Shown here piece by piece: positions 22,943 through 33,951 of a DNA stretch of 64,000 nt (positions are counted from its first letter, which is position 1; every line of letters begins with the position of its first letter). Location: assembly GCA_965240325.2 (NCBI GenBank), contig OZ251224.1, forward strand, positions 1,488,001-1,552,000. Direction: 5' to 3'. Under the pieces are notes generated by a model. It saw only the letters and a list, made by a program, of their open reading frames with translations, did not search any database and was not told the DNA's origin. Both the position numbers and the translations under genes were made by a program. Origin of the DNA: Rebecca billardiae RCC1528. Taxonomy: Eukaryota > Protista > Haptophyta.

Positions 22943-23256
22943 TTGGCCGCCTCGTCGATGGCGGCCGAATATGCAGCGAGCTGTGGGAGGTGCGCGCGCC
23001 CAGCCGGGAATCCGGGGATGAGGTGATGCAGCCTGCCACGCTGTCGATGCACAGCTGGGCACGGCTGCTGGGCGACATGTACCGCGCGCACACGACTGCT
23101 GTGCTGCTCTTCCTGCCGCCGCAGCTGCTGAAATCACCGCCCGGCATCAGGGGATTGCGCGTGCTCTGTCGGGTGCTGGCCAGCTCTTCTTCGTCCGCCG
23201 ATTCTTCGTTGCTGGAGTCGTTGGCGACGGACGGCGAAACTCGGTAGTCGGCCGCC
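22652..23256 (+). repeat. 305-bp tandem duplication of the 3' end of the glycosyltransferase gene
   Basis: GGCGGCCGAATATGCAGCGAG...GAAACTCGGTAG occurs twice, with stops at 22942 and 23247. Confidence 0.93.
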
Positions 23257-23511
23257 TCTGCGGGCGTCAGGACCGTCACTGATCGACATGATGATCGGGC
23301 CCGGCGCGGACTACTACGGTGCGGCCCGCGCTGCCAGGCGACTACTCATCATGATCCGCGGACTCGTCCGTCGTTATACCGGGTTACGACAGCGCAGAAT
23401 ATAAATAGGTTACGTCCGCGGTCCGTCACACGTACAGTCACACTAGTCTAGTCGTGCAGGCGGCGGACTAAGTATGACATTCGGCATCATGTATATTATT
23501 GCTATATCTAA

Positions 23512-25704
23512 TGACCGCGTTCCGCGGTCCTTCCGTAGAACCAACGCAGTTAGGGGCCCGCGGTGTACCCTCCGTCGGCTGCTGTCAGTCTGACATGCGT
23601 AACAGTCGCCTGAGCTGCCACCGCCAACTCAGTTGCCGCCCACCGGGCCGGCGGGCCGAGTCACTGTCGCCGACGCCGACGCGCCGCCCGGGCCGCGCGG
23701 GGAAGCGGCCGCCGTGGCGCGGGCCGGCGCGTGCGCGCGTGCGGGCGCACCTGCTTGAGGTGCTCGCGCTGCGCCATGCGCTCGACGACGGGCCGCTGGT
23801 CGCTCAGCCGGCTCGCCTCGTGCCGGCAGAGCGAGAGCGCGCGCCACGCGGCTGCCCCGGCCTGCCGCTGCGCAGCCGCGCACCGAGACCGAGCGGGAGC
23901 TCGGGGTGGAACGAGGCGAGCGGGGCGTCGCGCCTGCCGCCGCGCGTGCGCGCCTGCTCCACCGCGCCGCCGTGCTCGCCCGCCGCCTCCTCCGCCGCGT
24001 CGGCGGCCTCGAAGACGGCGGCGGCCAGCCAGCGGCAGGCAGTCGGAGCCCGTGCGCGCTCAACCGGCGCCGATCGCCTCGACGGCCGTCTACTCCACAG
24101 CTGGCTGCTCGAGCTGCTGCACGGGGCGTCGCGACGAGGGCGCCGCGCGCGCCCAGCGCGTCCGTCGCCGCGTCGCGCAGCGCGTCGAGCTCGGCGCCGC
24201 GCTTCGCCAGCTCGGCGCACAGCGCCTCCGCGCACACGTGCTGGCATGCAGCACGGCCTCTCTAGTCTCTGGCATCAGTGTCGCCGTCGACCGAGTTGAG
24301 GAGGAGCTCGCGCTCGGCGTCGAGGAGCGAGCTCGCGTGCTCGAGCTCGCCCTTCAGCTGCGCGAACTCCGGGCGCATCCGGCTCATCTCCGCTGCGTGG
24401 CTCCGGGCGCGCTCCGATCCTCAAGGCGTCGCCAACGAGCTCGTGAGCGTGCTCCGGACTCGGCTCGCCCTTGCGCGCTCCTCCTCGAGCGACGAACGCG
24501 CCCGCGGGCAGGCTGTTGACCGCCGCCTCCGCCGCGATCTCGCCGCCCCCGCCGCGATCTCGTCGCGCATGCTTTGCAGCGGGGCGCTGTGTGCGCGCCG
24601 TCGGCACGGCCTGGCGAGACTCTGAAGTCTGAGGCGAGACCGCGGACCGAGACGCGCGCGACGCCTCGGGGAGAGCCGTCGGAGCGGAGCGCGAGGGCGA
24701 GAGCAGAGCGCGAGGGGGAGACCAGCGGCCGGCCGGCTCCCGCCACCGCGCGCGCACCGCGGCGTACGCGGCGCCGACACGCACGTCCCCGGCCAGGGCG
24801 CCGCAGCGACGAACGCGAACGAGCGAGCGAGCAGCCGTGGGGACTCGCTCGCTACTCGCTAGACGCTCGGGCAAAGACCCTCCGTGCTCGTTCGAATAAA
24901 TATACGGGGCCGCGCGCGCGCCTGGCGGCTCCTGTTTAGTGAATAAGTAGCAAAACTTGATCACTTCCAAGTGCCCGTAGTGTGTGGCCTATGTTTCCAG
25001 CACCAAGTGATGCATCGGTAAATAACAGCGCGCCGCGCGCGCACGCAGTACGCCGACATGCAGTAGTTGAGGAGGACCCTGACCATGCACATCAACATGC
25101 ACTTTCAAAAGGTTGCGCTTAGGCCCGGTTTGTAGGCGGGTAACTTGTTACGTTTTAACAAGCCGCCATAGGCGCCATTCAAAGAATCTCGTTTCACATT
25201 AGTGCACAGGCCGGTTCATCCATCGAGGCAGGCGGGTAATGTGGTTGAACAAGCGCTATTCAAAAGGATCTCTTTTAATATTATAAGGCGGTTCATCCAT
25301 CGAGACAGGCGGGTAGGTGTTTAAACAAAGCGCTATTCAGAAGCATCTGGCCTCATAGCTGTTTTCGACCCAAAACAATCAAACGTCGCTCGGCAAACTC
25401 GTACTCCAGCATACAAGAATGACAAAAATACTCATCACTTGTTTCACCCCCGGGGTATCTGATCCCACGTCCGTCCATCGACTTATGCGGAATGGCGTGG
25501 GCGCGCTTATTTCGTCAAGCGCGTAGTTGCTAATGCAGAGCACTATGGGCCAACGTACCCCTCGAAAAAGCGAAAACTCACCCTCCAACACCCCTCAAAA
25601 TCGTCCCCCGTCCCCTTTTCTTTGATCAAAAGATCTTTTTGACAACGTAGTGAGGGCCCCCGGCGGGGCTCCACGCTACGCGCTCCGCCCTACACCGCGG
25701 GCCA
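23512..25704 (-). mobile_element. Non-autonomous Helitron2/Helentron-like element, copy 2 (2193 bp), carrying gene-like cargo
   Basis: Plus strand begins A|TGACCGCGTTCCGCGGTCC..GGCCCGCGGTG and ends TTTGATCAAAAGATCTTTTT..CACCGCGGGCCA|T, the reverse complement of the copy 1 termini. Confidence 0.75.
23630..24570 (-). pseudogene. Degraded coiled-coil protein gene fragment inside element copy 2
   Basis: Host-like codon usage and peptides AEMSRMRPEFAQLKGELEHASSLLDAERELLLNS, CAELAKRGAELDALRDAA and AVFEAADAAEEAAGEH, broken by stops and frameshifts. Confidence 0.55.
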
Positions 25705-26255
25705 TAATCAGCATTGCTGACGACATTATTAATCGGACCCAGTTCCGCATTCTCAGATTTCGGACCGCGGACTCGCGACTCTTCAGTGAGTGAGTGACTC
25801 AGTGACTCTCGCGCGAGCGCGCTGCCTGCCGTGACCGCGGCGCCTCAACACAAAAATTGAATGCCGCGCGACGCTGTAGTGTCAAGTGCTGCGCGCGCTA
25901 GTCTGAGCGAAAGGACAAGCGACAGCGTCTGACACTGCGGCTCAGGCCGCCGCGCCAAACGGGCCCGACGGCGACTCACACGCTGGGGCGCGCAGACCGG
26001 GAGACCGGCGGCGGCAGTCAGTCGGGCCGAGTCCTGGTGCCAGGGCGGTGCCCGAAATCTGGTGCGCCCCCCGCTGGCAGCTGCGGCGACCGAGCCCGAA
26101 AGAGACGGCATGGAGCATGCGCGGCGTGCAGGTACAGATGCTTCTGGTGCGGGTGGAGCGGGGACCAAGAGGCGTTAGGGTCCTCGCAGAGGGCGGGTGT
26201 GTCGATGGGGTCGGGTGCTATGGCTCTCGAGAGCCGAGCTTGAGCTGTGCGCCGG

Positions 26256-27599
26256 TCACGCCTGCAGGGCGACGGGCGGACATTCCTCGCCTAGCACGAC
26301 GCGGAAGAGCGCGGACAGCGCGGGGAGGCAGGCTGCCGAAGTCTCGTCCGCCACGCCCGCGACGCGCAGGTTGTTGTGCAGCATGCGGAGCACGACGTGC
26401 AGCTCCGCCGGAGTCTCAAGGCGCACGAGATCCAGCGGCCGCGCCGCGCCGCCGGCCTCGGCCGCGGCGGCCGCCGCGACGACGGAGAGCTCGCGGATCA
26501 TGTACTCCTGCGGGGAGTACTCCTGCGAGCGCAGGCGCACGAGTCCGGCATCCGTCACGAACGCCTCCACGCACGGCACCCAGCACTGGAAGATGACGCC
26601 GGCGCCCGGCGGGAGCCGCGCGCCGTCGTCGTCGTCAGCCGCGTCGAGTGCCTCGCCCAGGTTGCCAAAGCGCACGGTGAGGTCTCGGCGAGCGGAGAGC
26701 TTGGCCTCCAGCTCGGCCGCGTCGCTCGCGATCGGCCGCGTCACCGCGATCTCGACGGGCACCTCGAGCGCGCCGCCCTCCTCGTCGTACACCGCGCGGT
26801 AGCGCACGCCCTCTAGGATGGACGACGCGACGCGCTCCTGCCGCCGCTGCCACGAGAGCGCGGTCGCGATCGCGTCCGAGACGAGGCCGATCATCTGCGC
26901 GGCCTGCCAGTCGTTCGAGTTGCTCGCCGATTCCGCGTTCGCCGCGTCTTCGATGAGCGCGTACGCGCCCGGCAGGCCGATGAGCTCGCCGTCCATGTCG
27001 CGCGCCGGCACGAGCAGGAGCGCAAACCGCATGCACGCCTCCGCCTCCGCCTTGAAGAGGCTCGAGAGCGAGGCGGTGCGGTGCTCGGCGGTGCTTCCCG
27101 GCGAGGGCGGCGACGGGGGGGAGGTGAGCATGCGCTCGCCCCCGGGCATGAACGGGACGAGCATCCGCGTCGCCCGCGAGTACCGGATCGCGTCGTCGAG
27201 GAGCCCGGCTGCCTCGTCAATTACGCCGTCTCGTCGGAGGCGCTCGGCGGCGTCGAGGAGGATGGTGACGAGCTGGATGGCGGTGTCAACCGCGTGCCGA
27301 GATGAGGATGAGGGCGATGTTGCCTTCGCGGGGTCGCCCACCGCCCCCTCCTCTGCTACCGCCGCCGCCGCCGCGGCGGCACCCCAGAGCGCGCGCTTGT
27401 GCAGCTCCCGCGCCGCGACGACCGCCTGCCACGCGCGCTCCTGGTCGGCGAAGACGGTGCGCGGAGGCGCGGTGTGCAGGAGCGAGAGGATCTGGCCGAG
27501 CTCGCGGACCTCGTCGGAGGAGGGCACGCGCGGCAGCGGCGCCGGGTTGCCGCCGAACGCCGCGCGCGGTTGCTGCTGATGGAGAACAGCCGATGACAT
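26256..27599 (-). CDS. Hypothetical protein (447 aa)
   Basis: ORF 26256..27767 with typical codon bias from MSSAVLHQQQ at 27599. No motif recognised. Confidence 0.75.
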   Translation of the reverse strand: MSSAVLHQQQPRAAFGGNPAPLPRVPSSDEVRELGQILSLLHTAPPRTVFADQERAWQAVVAARELHKRALWGAAAAAAAVAEEGAVGDPAKATSPSSSSRHAVDTAIQLVTILLDAAERLRRDGVIDEAAGLLDDAIRYSRATRMLVPFMPGGERMLTSPPSPPSPGSTAEHRTASLSSLFKAEAEACMRFALLLVPARDMDGELIGLPGAYALIEDAANAESASNSNDWQAAQMIGLVSDAIATALSWQRRQERVASSILEGVRYRAVYDEEGGALEVPVEIAVTRPIASDAAELEAKLSARRDLTVRFGNLGEALDAADDDDGARLPPGAGVIFQCWVPCVEAFVTDAGLVRLRSQEYSPQEYMIRELSVVAAAAAAEAGGAARPLDLVRLETPAELHVVLRMLHNNLRVAGVADETSAACLPALSALFRVVLGEECPPVALQA

Positions 27600-28549
27600 C
27601 AGGCTCCAAGACCGGCCACCTTCTTCCCGCTCGCGCTCGCGAGGCCACAAGGCCGGCCTATCAGGGAGGGATCTGTGTCGACGCAGTCCCAATTCCCTGT
27701 ATCTGACTTCGTCAGCGAGAGAAAACACGCAGCAGGGCCGACGGCCGGCTGGGCCTCGGCTGTACATTCTTGTGACGAGACTTGGCAGATTGATTCGCCT
27801 CCGTAGATTGGCGGCGCTTGTGATTTGCCGGCGGGTGCGCCTTGGCGCATTCTATTGGCCGAAGTGCGAGCTTTGGAACTTTGCGAAGCACCCCGAATAC
27901 CGCTTGGGTAATTGTGGCTCGCTGAAGGCTCCAATTAGCAAATATGTGCGAGATCCGGCAAAAATAATACGTACCAATGACAACGAAGCGGCATGACGAC
28001 TGATCACAGATAGATGTGTATTCATCATCAGGGCCAAACTCCCATGACACTTGCAAGAGCCTGTATTCATTATGACCGCTCAGGCTCTGGATTAGCGAGT
28101 ATCTGGAAGCAAAACAGATTCTACGACAACCACATCACTCCTAGATACTTTCGGCCACACAAGCGAGCCGCGCAGCGCGGGTGGATACGGTGGTATCGCG
28201 CTTTCAGCAGCTCACTGCTCAGGGCCGCGCTCAAGCTTTACCGGACGCGGTGCAGGCTATGCTCTGCCACCAACGCCGACTTCGTGTCGACGATCGGGCA
28301 CTGCCGCCGACGAATCAGCAGACCTGCGCCGTCCTGTGACCTGTGTCGTTAAATCATAGAATCAGTACGTTTCAATAATGGACCCGCGCGCCGGGACGGT
28401 TCACCGCCCTCGGCCCGCGCCGCGGGCCCGGGGCCGTCACGGCACTGCGCGGGCCGCGCACCGATCCGGCCGCGGCGCCTCGGTGCCGCTATGACTATCG
28501 AGACGGCAAGCTCGTCTGCACAGGCCTCGATCGGCGCTCGAGCCTGGGC

Positions 28550-29605
28550 CTAGGCTGCGGCCAAGCTGGATGCCCGACGCCCGACGAGCAGGCCCACGGC
28601 GAACGCCAGGCACGCTCCAGCCATGGCCACAGCGCCCGCCGCCAGCGACCGCGTAGCGGTTGGGGTCAGCCCCACCTTGCCGTGCCCGGCGCGCTCTTCG
28701 GCCGCGTCACGAGCGAGCGTGAGCGCGCCCACGAGCCCGGCATCCGCCCCATTCGCCGGCGCCACGATGTACTCGTCGACGCGCTCGGGCGTGAGCTCGT
28801 CCAGCCGGAGGTAGCCGTTGAGCAGCTCGAGGAACTTGGCGCGCACGCGCGGCAGCAGGCTCGCGCGCGCGGGCACGCCGCCGCCGATCACGATGCGCTC
28901 GACCGAGGTGATGAGGGTCAGGTCGACGCAGAGCACGGCGAGATAGTGCGCGCACTGGTCCCACACTGGGTGCGAGTCGGGCAGCGCCGCCAGCTCGCTC
29001 TGCGCGACGCCCGCGCGCGCGGCGAGCGCGGGGGCGCACACGTTCGCCTCGATGCCCGAGGGGATGAGGTGGCCAAGCGTGTTCCGCCAGCTGTCGCCGG
29101 GCGGCGCGGGGGCCGGGCAGTGGCCGGCCTCGGGGTGCAGCATGCCGTGCACAGGAGCGCCATTGATCACCAGGCCGACGCCGATGCCCGTGCCGACCGT
29201 CATGTACGCGCACGAGGTGAGCTGCGGCGCGGACGAGCGCGCCGCGCGGAACTCGGCGACCGCCGGCGCGTTCACGTCCGTGTCGAAGGCGACGGGCACG
29301 CCGAAGTCGGCGGCGCGTAGCATGCCGAGCACATCCACGTCCTGCCACCCGGGTTTGGGCGTCGTCGTGATGAACCCGTACTTTGCGCGGCCACGGCGCG
29401 GCTCGATGGGGCCAAAGGAGGCGACGCCAAGCGCGTCAAACTTGTGGCACGAGAGCCACGCGTGCACGCGCGCGAGCGTCTCCACGGGGTCGCCCGTGAC
29501 GAAGCTCTCGCGTGCGACGATGTTAGAGCACTCGCCCTCCGCGATCGCCACGCGGATGCTCGTGCCGCCCAGCTCGACCGCCGCGAAGCGCGGAGTCGGC
29601 GCCAT
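28550..29605 (-). CDS. ROK-family fructokinase with C-terminal hydrophobic tail
   Basis: AVELGGT, LGVASFGP, GFITTTPKPGW, FDTDVNAPA, YMTVGTGIGVG, HGMLHPEAGH, IVIGGGV, AGLVGA. Confidence 0.92.
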   Translation of the reverse strand: MAPTPRFAAVELGGTSIRVAIAEGECSNIVARESFVTGDPVETLARVHAWLSCHKFDALGVASFGPIEPRRGRAKYGFITTTPKPGWQDVDVLGMLRAADFGVPVAFDTDVNAPAVAEFRAARSSAPQLTSCAYMTVGTGIGVGLVINGAPVHGMLHPEAGHCPAPAPPGDSWRNTLGHLIPSGIEANVCAPALAARAGVAQSELAALPDSHPVWDQCAHYLAVLCVDLTLITSVERIVIGGGVPARASLLPRVRAKFLELLNGYLRLDELTPERVDEYIVAPANGADAGLVGALTLARDAAEERAGHGKVGLTPTATRSLAAGAVAMAGACLAFAVGLLVGRRASSLAAA

Positions 29606-29805
29606 GCTGAAGTGCGGGGTCCACACCCGGCAGCTGTTCATAGACACAGTGAGATGATGAACAGACTACCAATAACAGACTATGTACTTTGTCATCACGG
29701 TGACATACTGACACTATCAGGTTTACACTGTCGTGCAGTAGTCAGTACTAAGACTATGACAGTGTTACTCTTAGCCGCCGACTGCCATCACTGGTCTCGA
29801 CCACG

Positions 29806-30915
29806 TCAGCGCCACTTCACGGGGTGATACCAACGCGCGGAGCGGTCGAAGTGCCGCGCGATCCACTGCTCGTGTGAGATCCGGTCCACCCAGTGCTTCA
29901 CGCGCAACGCGACGCAGTGCACCACGTCCTCCTTGCGCTTGGCGCGCGGCAGGCCGGTGTACGTGCAGTGGCGGAGGTACTCGTGCTCGCTCGTGGGCGG
30001 GCAGCACGCGATGTCGAGCATGGTGCACCACGCGGGCGCCGCCGCGCACACCGACGACGCGAAGAACTCGCCGAACGCGTACGTCCCGTTCAGCATGGCG
30101 ACGTGCAGCGCGTGCAGCAGCCGCGCGCCGTACTTCTCCACGTACTCGACCTTGCGCACCCACGCGGACTCTGGCACACGCGCGCGGAACGCGCGCGTGG
30201 TGAAGCCGCGCTTGGTCCAGTGCGCCCACTGCTGCCTGAGGTACGCGGAGCCGGTCGCCACGTGCGTCGGCTTGAACTGCGAGCCGGCGTACTGCACGCC
30301 GTCGCCGCCGCCGCCGCCGCTCACGCGCACGCCCCCGGATGCGCACGGGCCGTGCGCCGCTTCGTGCGCGCGCACAAACTCGGCCACGTTCCCGCCGTAG
30401 CGCACGTCGTCCTCGACGACCCACACGGCGTAGTAGCGGCGCTCTGCAGCGACCGCGCGCCACCACGCGAGCACGAACGTCTCGTGCTGCTGCCGCCCGA
30501 GCTTGTCGCCCCACTCGCGTATGCGGTCGCCGTGATCCCAGTTCGCGTTCAGGGCCGGGTAGGCTGCGAGCGCTTGGTCACTCGTGACGATGTGGACGTT
30601 CAGGTTGGTGGTGTTCGCATCGAGGGCCACCAAGTCCGCCCGCGCCGCCGCTGCCAGGCGCGCGCACTTCTCCGCCAGACGTGGCCGGAGCCACGGCGCG
30701 CACGTCGCGTCGTACTGCACCCAAAAGTCGGCGACGCCCTCGAGCTCGCGCGCGTACTGCTGCACGAGGCCCAGGCGCGAAGTGCGGACGGCGCCGGCGC
30801 AGCGGAGCAAGAAAGCCACGCCGCGCCCGCGGCAGACGACCTCCGTGCTCGTCGCCTCCAGGGCCAGCATCAAGCTCCACACGAGGCCCCACGCCGCGCC
30901 CCGAGCGGCCGCCAT
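29806..30915 (-). CDS. Secreted or membrane-anchored hypothetical protein, possibly glycosyltransferase-like
   Basis: Signal-like N-terminus (AAWGLVWSLMLALEA), YYAVWVVEDDVRYGG acidic motif and C-terminal YHPVK, loosely recalling DUF3405-like proteins. Confidence 0.7.
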   Translation of the reverse strand: MAAARGAAWGLVWSLMLALEATSTEVVCRGRGVAFLLRCAGAVRTSRLGLVQQYARELEGVADFWVQYDATCAPWLRPRLAEKCARLAAAARADLVALDANTTNLNVHIVTSDQALAAYPALNANWDHGDRIREWGDKLGRQQHETFVLAWWRAVAAERRYYAVWVVEDDVRYGGNVAEFVRAHEAAHGPCASGGVRVSGGGGGDGVQYAGSQFKPTHVATGSAYLRQQWAHWTKRGFTTRAFRARVPESAWVRKVEYVEKYGARLLHALHVAMLNGTYAFGEFFASSVCAAAPAWCTMLDIACCPPTSEHEYLRHCTYTGLPRAKRKEDVVHCVALRVKHWVDRISHEQWIARHFDRSARWYHPVKWR

Positions 30916-31164
30916 CGCCGGCCGACCGCCGCGCAAGTTGCTCAGTACAAAAGTAATCAGTACAGAAGTTACCCAGGTAGTTCAGACTTCAGACTGACGG
31001 CCACCGTAGGGAATCTGAAATCGAGACCACGATCGCGCTCACGATCGAGCAGAGCGCGGCAAAAGTGGCGCACCTCAACACCAACGGAAGAAAGTAGGCG
31101 GCTCAATGACCGCCCGCGATTGAATGCGTGGCGGACGCGCCTCGCGTGCTAGAGACGGTGTGCG

Positions 31165-32628
31165 ATGGAGGAGTCCGCATCGGAGACGGGGCAACGATGC
31201 CGTGGCGGTGCAAACAAGCGCACGGCTCCCGTGTCCATCTGTGCCGCGATCGCCGCGCTGGTGATCGGCTTCATTATTGTCGCCGTGCTGCACGACCTCG
31301 AGGTGATCACGATCGGTCCCGAGCACGTGCCTCTCATCGTCGGCTCGAGCGTCCTCTTCCTCGGCGCGTTCGGCATCGCCGTGCTCTTCTACATCAGATG
31401 CGGCGAGCACGACGACGACGCCATGGATGACGGCGTCTTCTCGCCCGCCGTGGGGCCGTTCTCGCGGAATGCGCCGGGGGGCCTGCGCATGTCGGCCATG
31501 TCCGGAACGACGGACGACGTGGAGATGGACGACGAGAGCGACGACGGGCGGAAGGCGACGCCCGTTGGGCTGTGCATGCTGTGCCTCGCCACGTTCAGGC
31601 GAAATTGGAAGATGAAGCTGTGCGCGATCATGCTGGTCGTCGCGCTGCTCATCGGCGCGGTCGTCATCGCCTTCTCGCAGCACCCCGAGTGGGGCGGGCC
31701 GTTCCAGTCGCTCGTCGCCGACTTCAACAACACGGGGAGCGCCAGTAGGCCGCGCGACACGCCCGACTTCTCCACTCCCGTCACGCGCAAATCGCCGCCG
31801 CCACAGGGCTCGCGTTGGTCCCCGTCGCCGTCGCCCCCGCCGCCGCCGTCGCCACCGCCCAGCCCGCCGTTGCCACCCCATTCGCCTCCAGCCCCACCCG
31901 TGCCACCCGGATCACCACCGCCGCCTCCCCCGCCCCCGCCTCCCCCGGACTCGCCGCCGCCGCCTCCCCCGCCTCCGCCGCCCCCCGACTCGCCCTCGCC
32001 ACCGCCCTCGCCCTCCCCCTCGCCCAGCCCCGTCGACACGTCGCTCGTGTGCATCGGCGACCGGCGCGTGATCGAGCCGCAGGCCGTGATCGCGTGGGGA
32101 TACGCGTGCGCGCTGATGATACCCTACGGGGTGGGTTGCGACGTGGACTACAGGCCGATCGAGTCGATCTGCCCGTCGTACAGGGACAAGGGGGACTGGA
32201 TCTTCAGCTTGCACTACAAGCTCACCGGCGAGTGCGGCACGGTGCCGGGCGCGACCCGGCTCGTGCCGCGCGTCGCGCTCCCGACCCTCTACCCCGAGGT
32301 CAAGCCCGAGTGCCTCGAGCGCCGCCTCGGAGACGACGTGTGCATCTCCGACCGCACCCGGTCGGTCGCCTCGTCGTCGACGCTGCTGGCGAGAACATAC
32401 GCGTGCTCGCGCATGGCGATGCTCGGCGTCGACTGCGACGACGACTTTGGTCAGTTCGCCGGCGATTGCCCGTCGCTGCGCGACATGTACGACTGGACGT
32501 TCAGCACGCACGCCTTCCTCACGGGCGAGTGCAACGTGCAGCCCAGCGCGAGCGTCTCCGTCGCGCGCGACACGCTCAGCTCGACCCATCCGGACGTCAA
32601 GCGCGCGTGCCTCGAGCGCCTGTCCTGA
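31165..32628 (+). CDS. Membrane protein with three hydrophobic segments, SPPPP-rich stalk and two tandem 6-Cys domains
   Basis: ORF of 487 aa. The pattern VCI.DR..YAC..G..CD.D..CPS.RD..DW.FS.H..LTGEC..P.VK..CLER occurs twice. Confidence 0.82.
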   Translation: MEESASETGQRCRGGANKRTAPVSICAAIAALVIGFIIVAVLHDLEVITIGPEHVPLIVGSSVLFLGAFGIAVLFYIRCGEHDDDAMDDGVFSPAVGPFSRNAPGGLRMSAMSGTTDDVEMDDESDDGRKATPVGLCMLCLATFRRNWKMKLCAIMLVVALLIGAVVIAFSQHPEWGGPFQSLVADFNNTGSASRPRDTPDFSTPVTRKSPPPQGSRWSPSPSPPPPPSPPPSPPLPPHSPPAPPVPPGSPPPPPPPPPPPDSPPPPPPPPPPPDSPSPPPSPSPSPSPVDTSLVCIGDRRVIEPQAVIAWGYACALMIPYGVGCDVDYRPIESICPSYRDKGDWIFSLHYKLTGECGTVPGATRLVPRVALPTLYPEVKPECLERRLGDDVCISDRTRSVASSSTLLARTYACSRMAMLGVDCDDDFGQFAGDCPSLRDMYDWTFSTHAFLTGECNVQPSASVSVARDTLSSTHPDVKRACLERLS

Positions 32629-32929
32629 CTCCTGACCATGGCCAGGCCCGCCCCTGCGGCGAGCCGCGTGCGCCGAAGAGGCAGCGCGGGCCGCTCGCGA
32701 CGGATTCGGGCGAGAGTACTGTAGCTTTTGGGCGCCCCGCTTGCACGCGCCCGTCACATGCCAGTCATCGCAGCTGTGGACAGCACCGTACTACGCTGAC
32801 AATGCATCGCGCCGGCGCGCGAAGGCCGCCGCTGCGAAAACACGCGCCAGCCGCCAGAAGCCCAGAAACCCTTGCCCAGCGGACTGCTCATCATGAACGC
32901 CACCGCCCGGCGTGGCCGTCCAGCGCACG

Positions 32930-33820
32930 ATGGCGGAGCCCGAGCCGAAGGGGGTCATCAATGTGGTGACGCTCCGTGAGCAGAAAGAGGGCGCGGGGTT
33001 CACCATTCGGCGCTCGATTGGCTCCTCGTACTTCGCTCCACCCGAGGCCACGGACCCGTTCCTCATGCTGGACGAGTTGCCCGCCAAGGTCTTTGCGCCC
33101 GGCGAGTTCCCGGGCGCGCCGTGGCACCCGCACCGCGGCATGGACACCGTCATGTACATGAAGAAAGGCGAGGGGTCGCACGAGGACAGCATGGGCAACA
33201 AGGGCACGCTGAAGGCCGGCGACTGCCAGTGGATGACCGCGGCGAGCGGGATCGAGCACAACGAGGGCACGGGCCACCCCGGCGGGGAGATGCACGGCTT
33301 CCAGTGCTGGATCAACCTGCCCAAGGCGCACAAGATGGACCCGCCCGCGTACAACGACATCGGCGCAGCGACGATCCCGTCCAAGGAGGTGGCCCCCGGC
33401 GTCGTCGTGAAGGTGATCGCCGGCGAGTGCGCCGGCCTGAGCGCCGTGGTGCAGCCCATCGTGCCGGTGCAGTACCTGGACTTCATGTGCCAGCCCGGCG
33501 GCTCCTTTGAGCACCGGCTGCCGCAGAGCATGTCCACGTGCGTGGTCCACGTGTACGAGGGGCAGGGTGCGTTCAGCCCGCTGAAGAAGGTTGTCAAGAG
33601 TGGCCAGGCGGCGCTGCTCTCCGCGGACGGCGACACACTCACCTTCACCGCGGGCGAGCAGGGCTGCAGCTTCCTCTGCCTGGCGGGCCAGCCGATCCGC
33701 GAGCCCGTCGTGTGGCACGGGCCGTTTGTGATGAACACGCAGGAGGAGATCCGCCAGTGCTTCAAGGACTACCAGAATGGTACCTTCATCAAGCACAAGG
33801 GGGTGTACCGCCGGCTGTGA
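32930..33820 (+). CDS. Pirin-family bicupin protein
   Basis: EGAGFTIRRSIG, DPFLMLDE, PWHPHRGMDTV, HEDSMGN, CQWMTAASGIEHNE, GFQCWINLP, GQPIREPVVWHGPFVMNT. Confidence 0.96.
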   Translation: MAEPEPKGVINVVTLREQKEGAGFTIRRSIGSSYFAPPEATDPFLMLDELPAKVFAPGEFPGAPWHPHRGMDTVMYMKKGEGSHEDSMGNKGTLKAGDCQWMTAASGIEHNEGTGHPGGEMHGFQCWINLPKAHKMDPPAYNDIGAATIPSKEVAPGVVVKVIAGECAGLSAVVQPIVPVQYLDFMCQPGGSFEHRLPQSMSTCVVHVYEGQGAFSPLKKVVKSGQAALLSADGDTLTFTAGEQGCSFLCLAGQPIREPVVWHGPFVMNTQEEIRQCFKDYQNGTFIKHKGVYRRL

Positions 33821-33951
33821 ATCGTGAGCGCTCCAGTCTCCCTCGGCGGAGGCGAGCGTCGGCAGGGGTGTATCGTGCATGCAGCCAGCCATCATCGGAA
33901 TAATTGTGACTGCGTCAGCGCAGAATTCTTTTTGTGGCGATACGTGCAACG

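Noticed and set aside
28376-28495. ATGGACCCGCG...CGCGGGCC segment resembling a mini-copy of the Helitron-like family
   Set aside because: Lacks the conserved GATCTTTGATC block and the GAA hairpin, and similarity is attributable to high GC.
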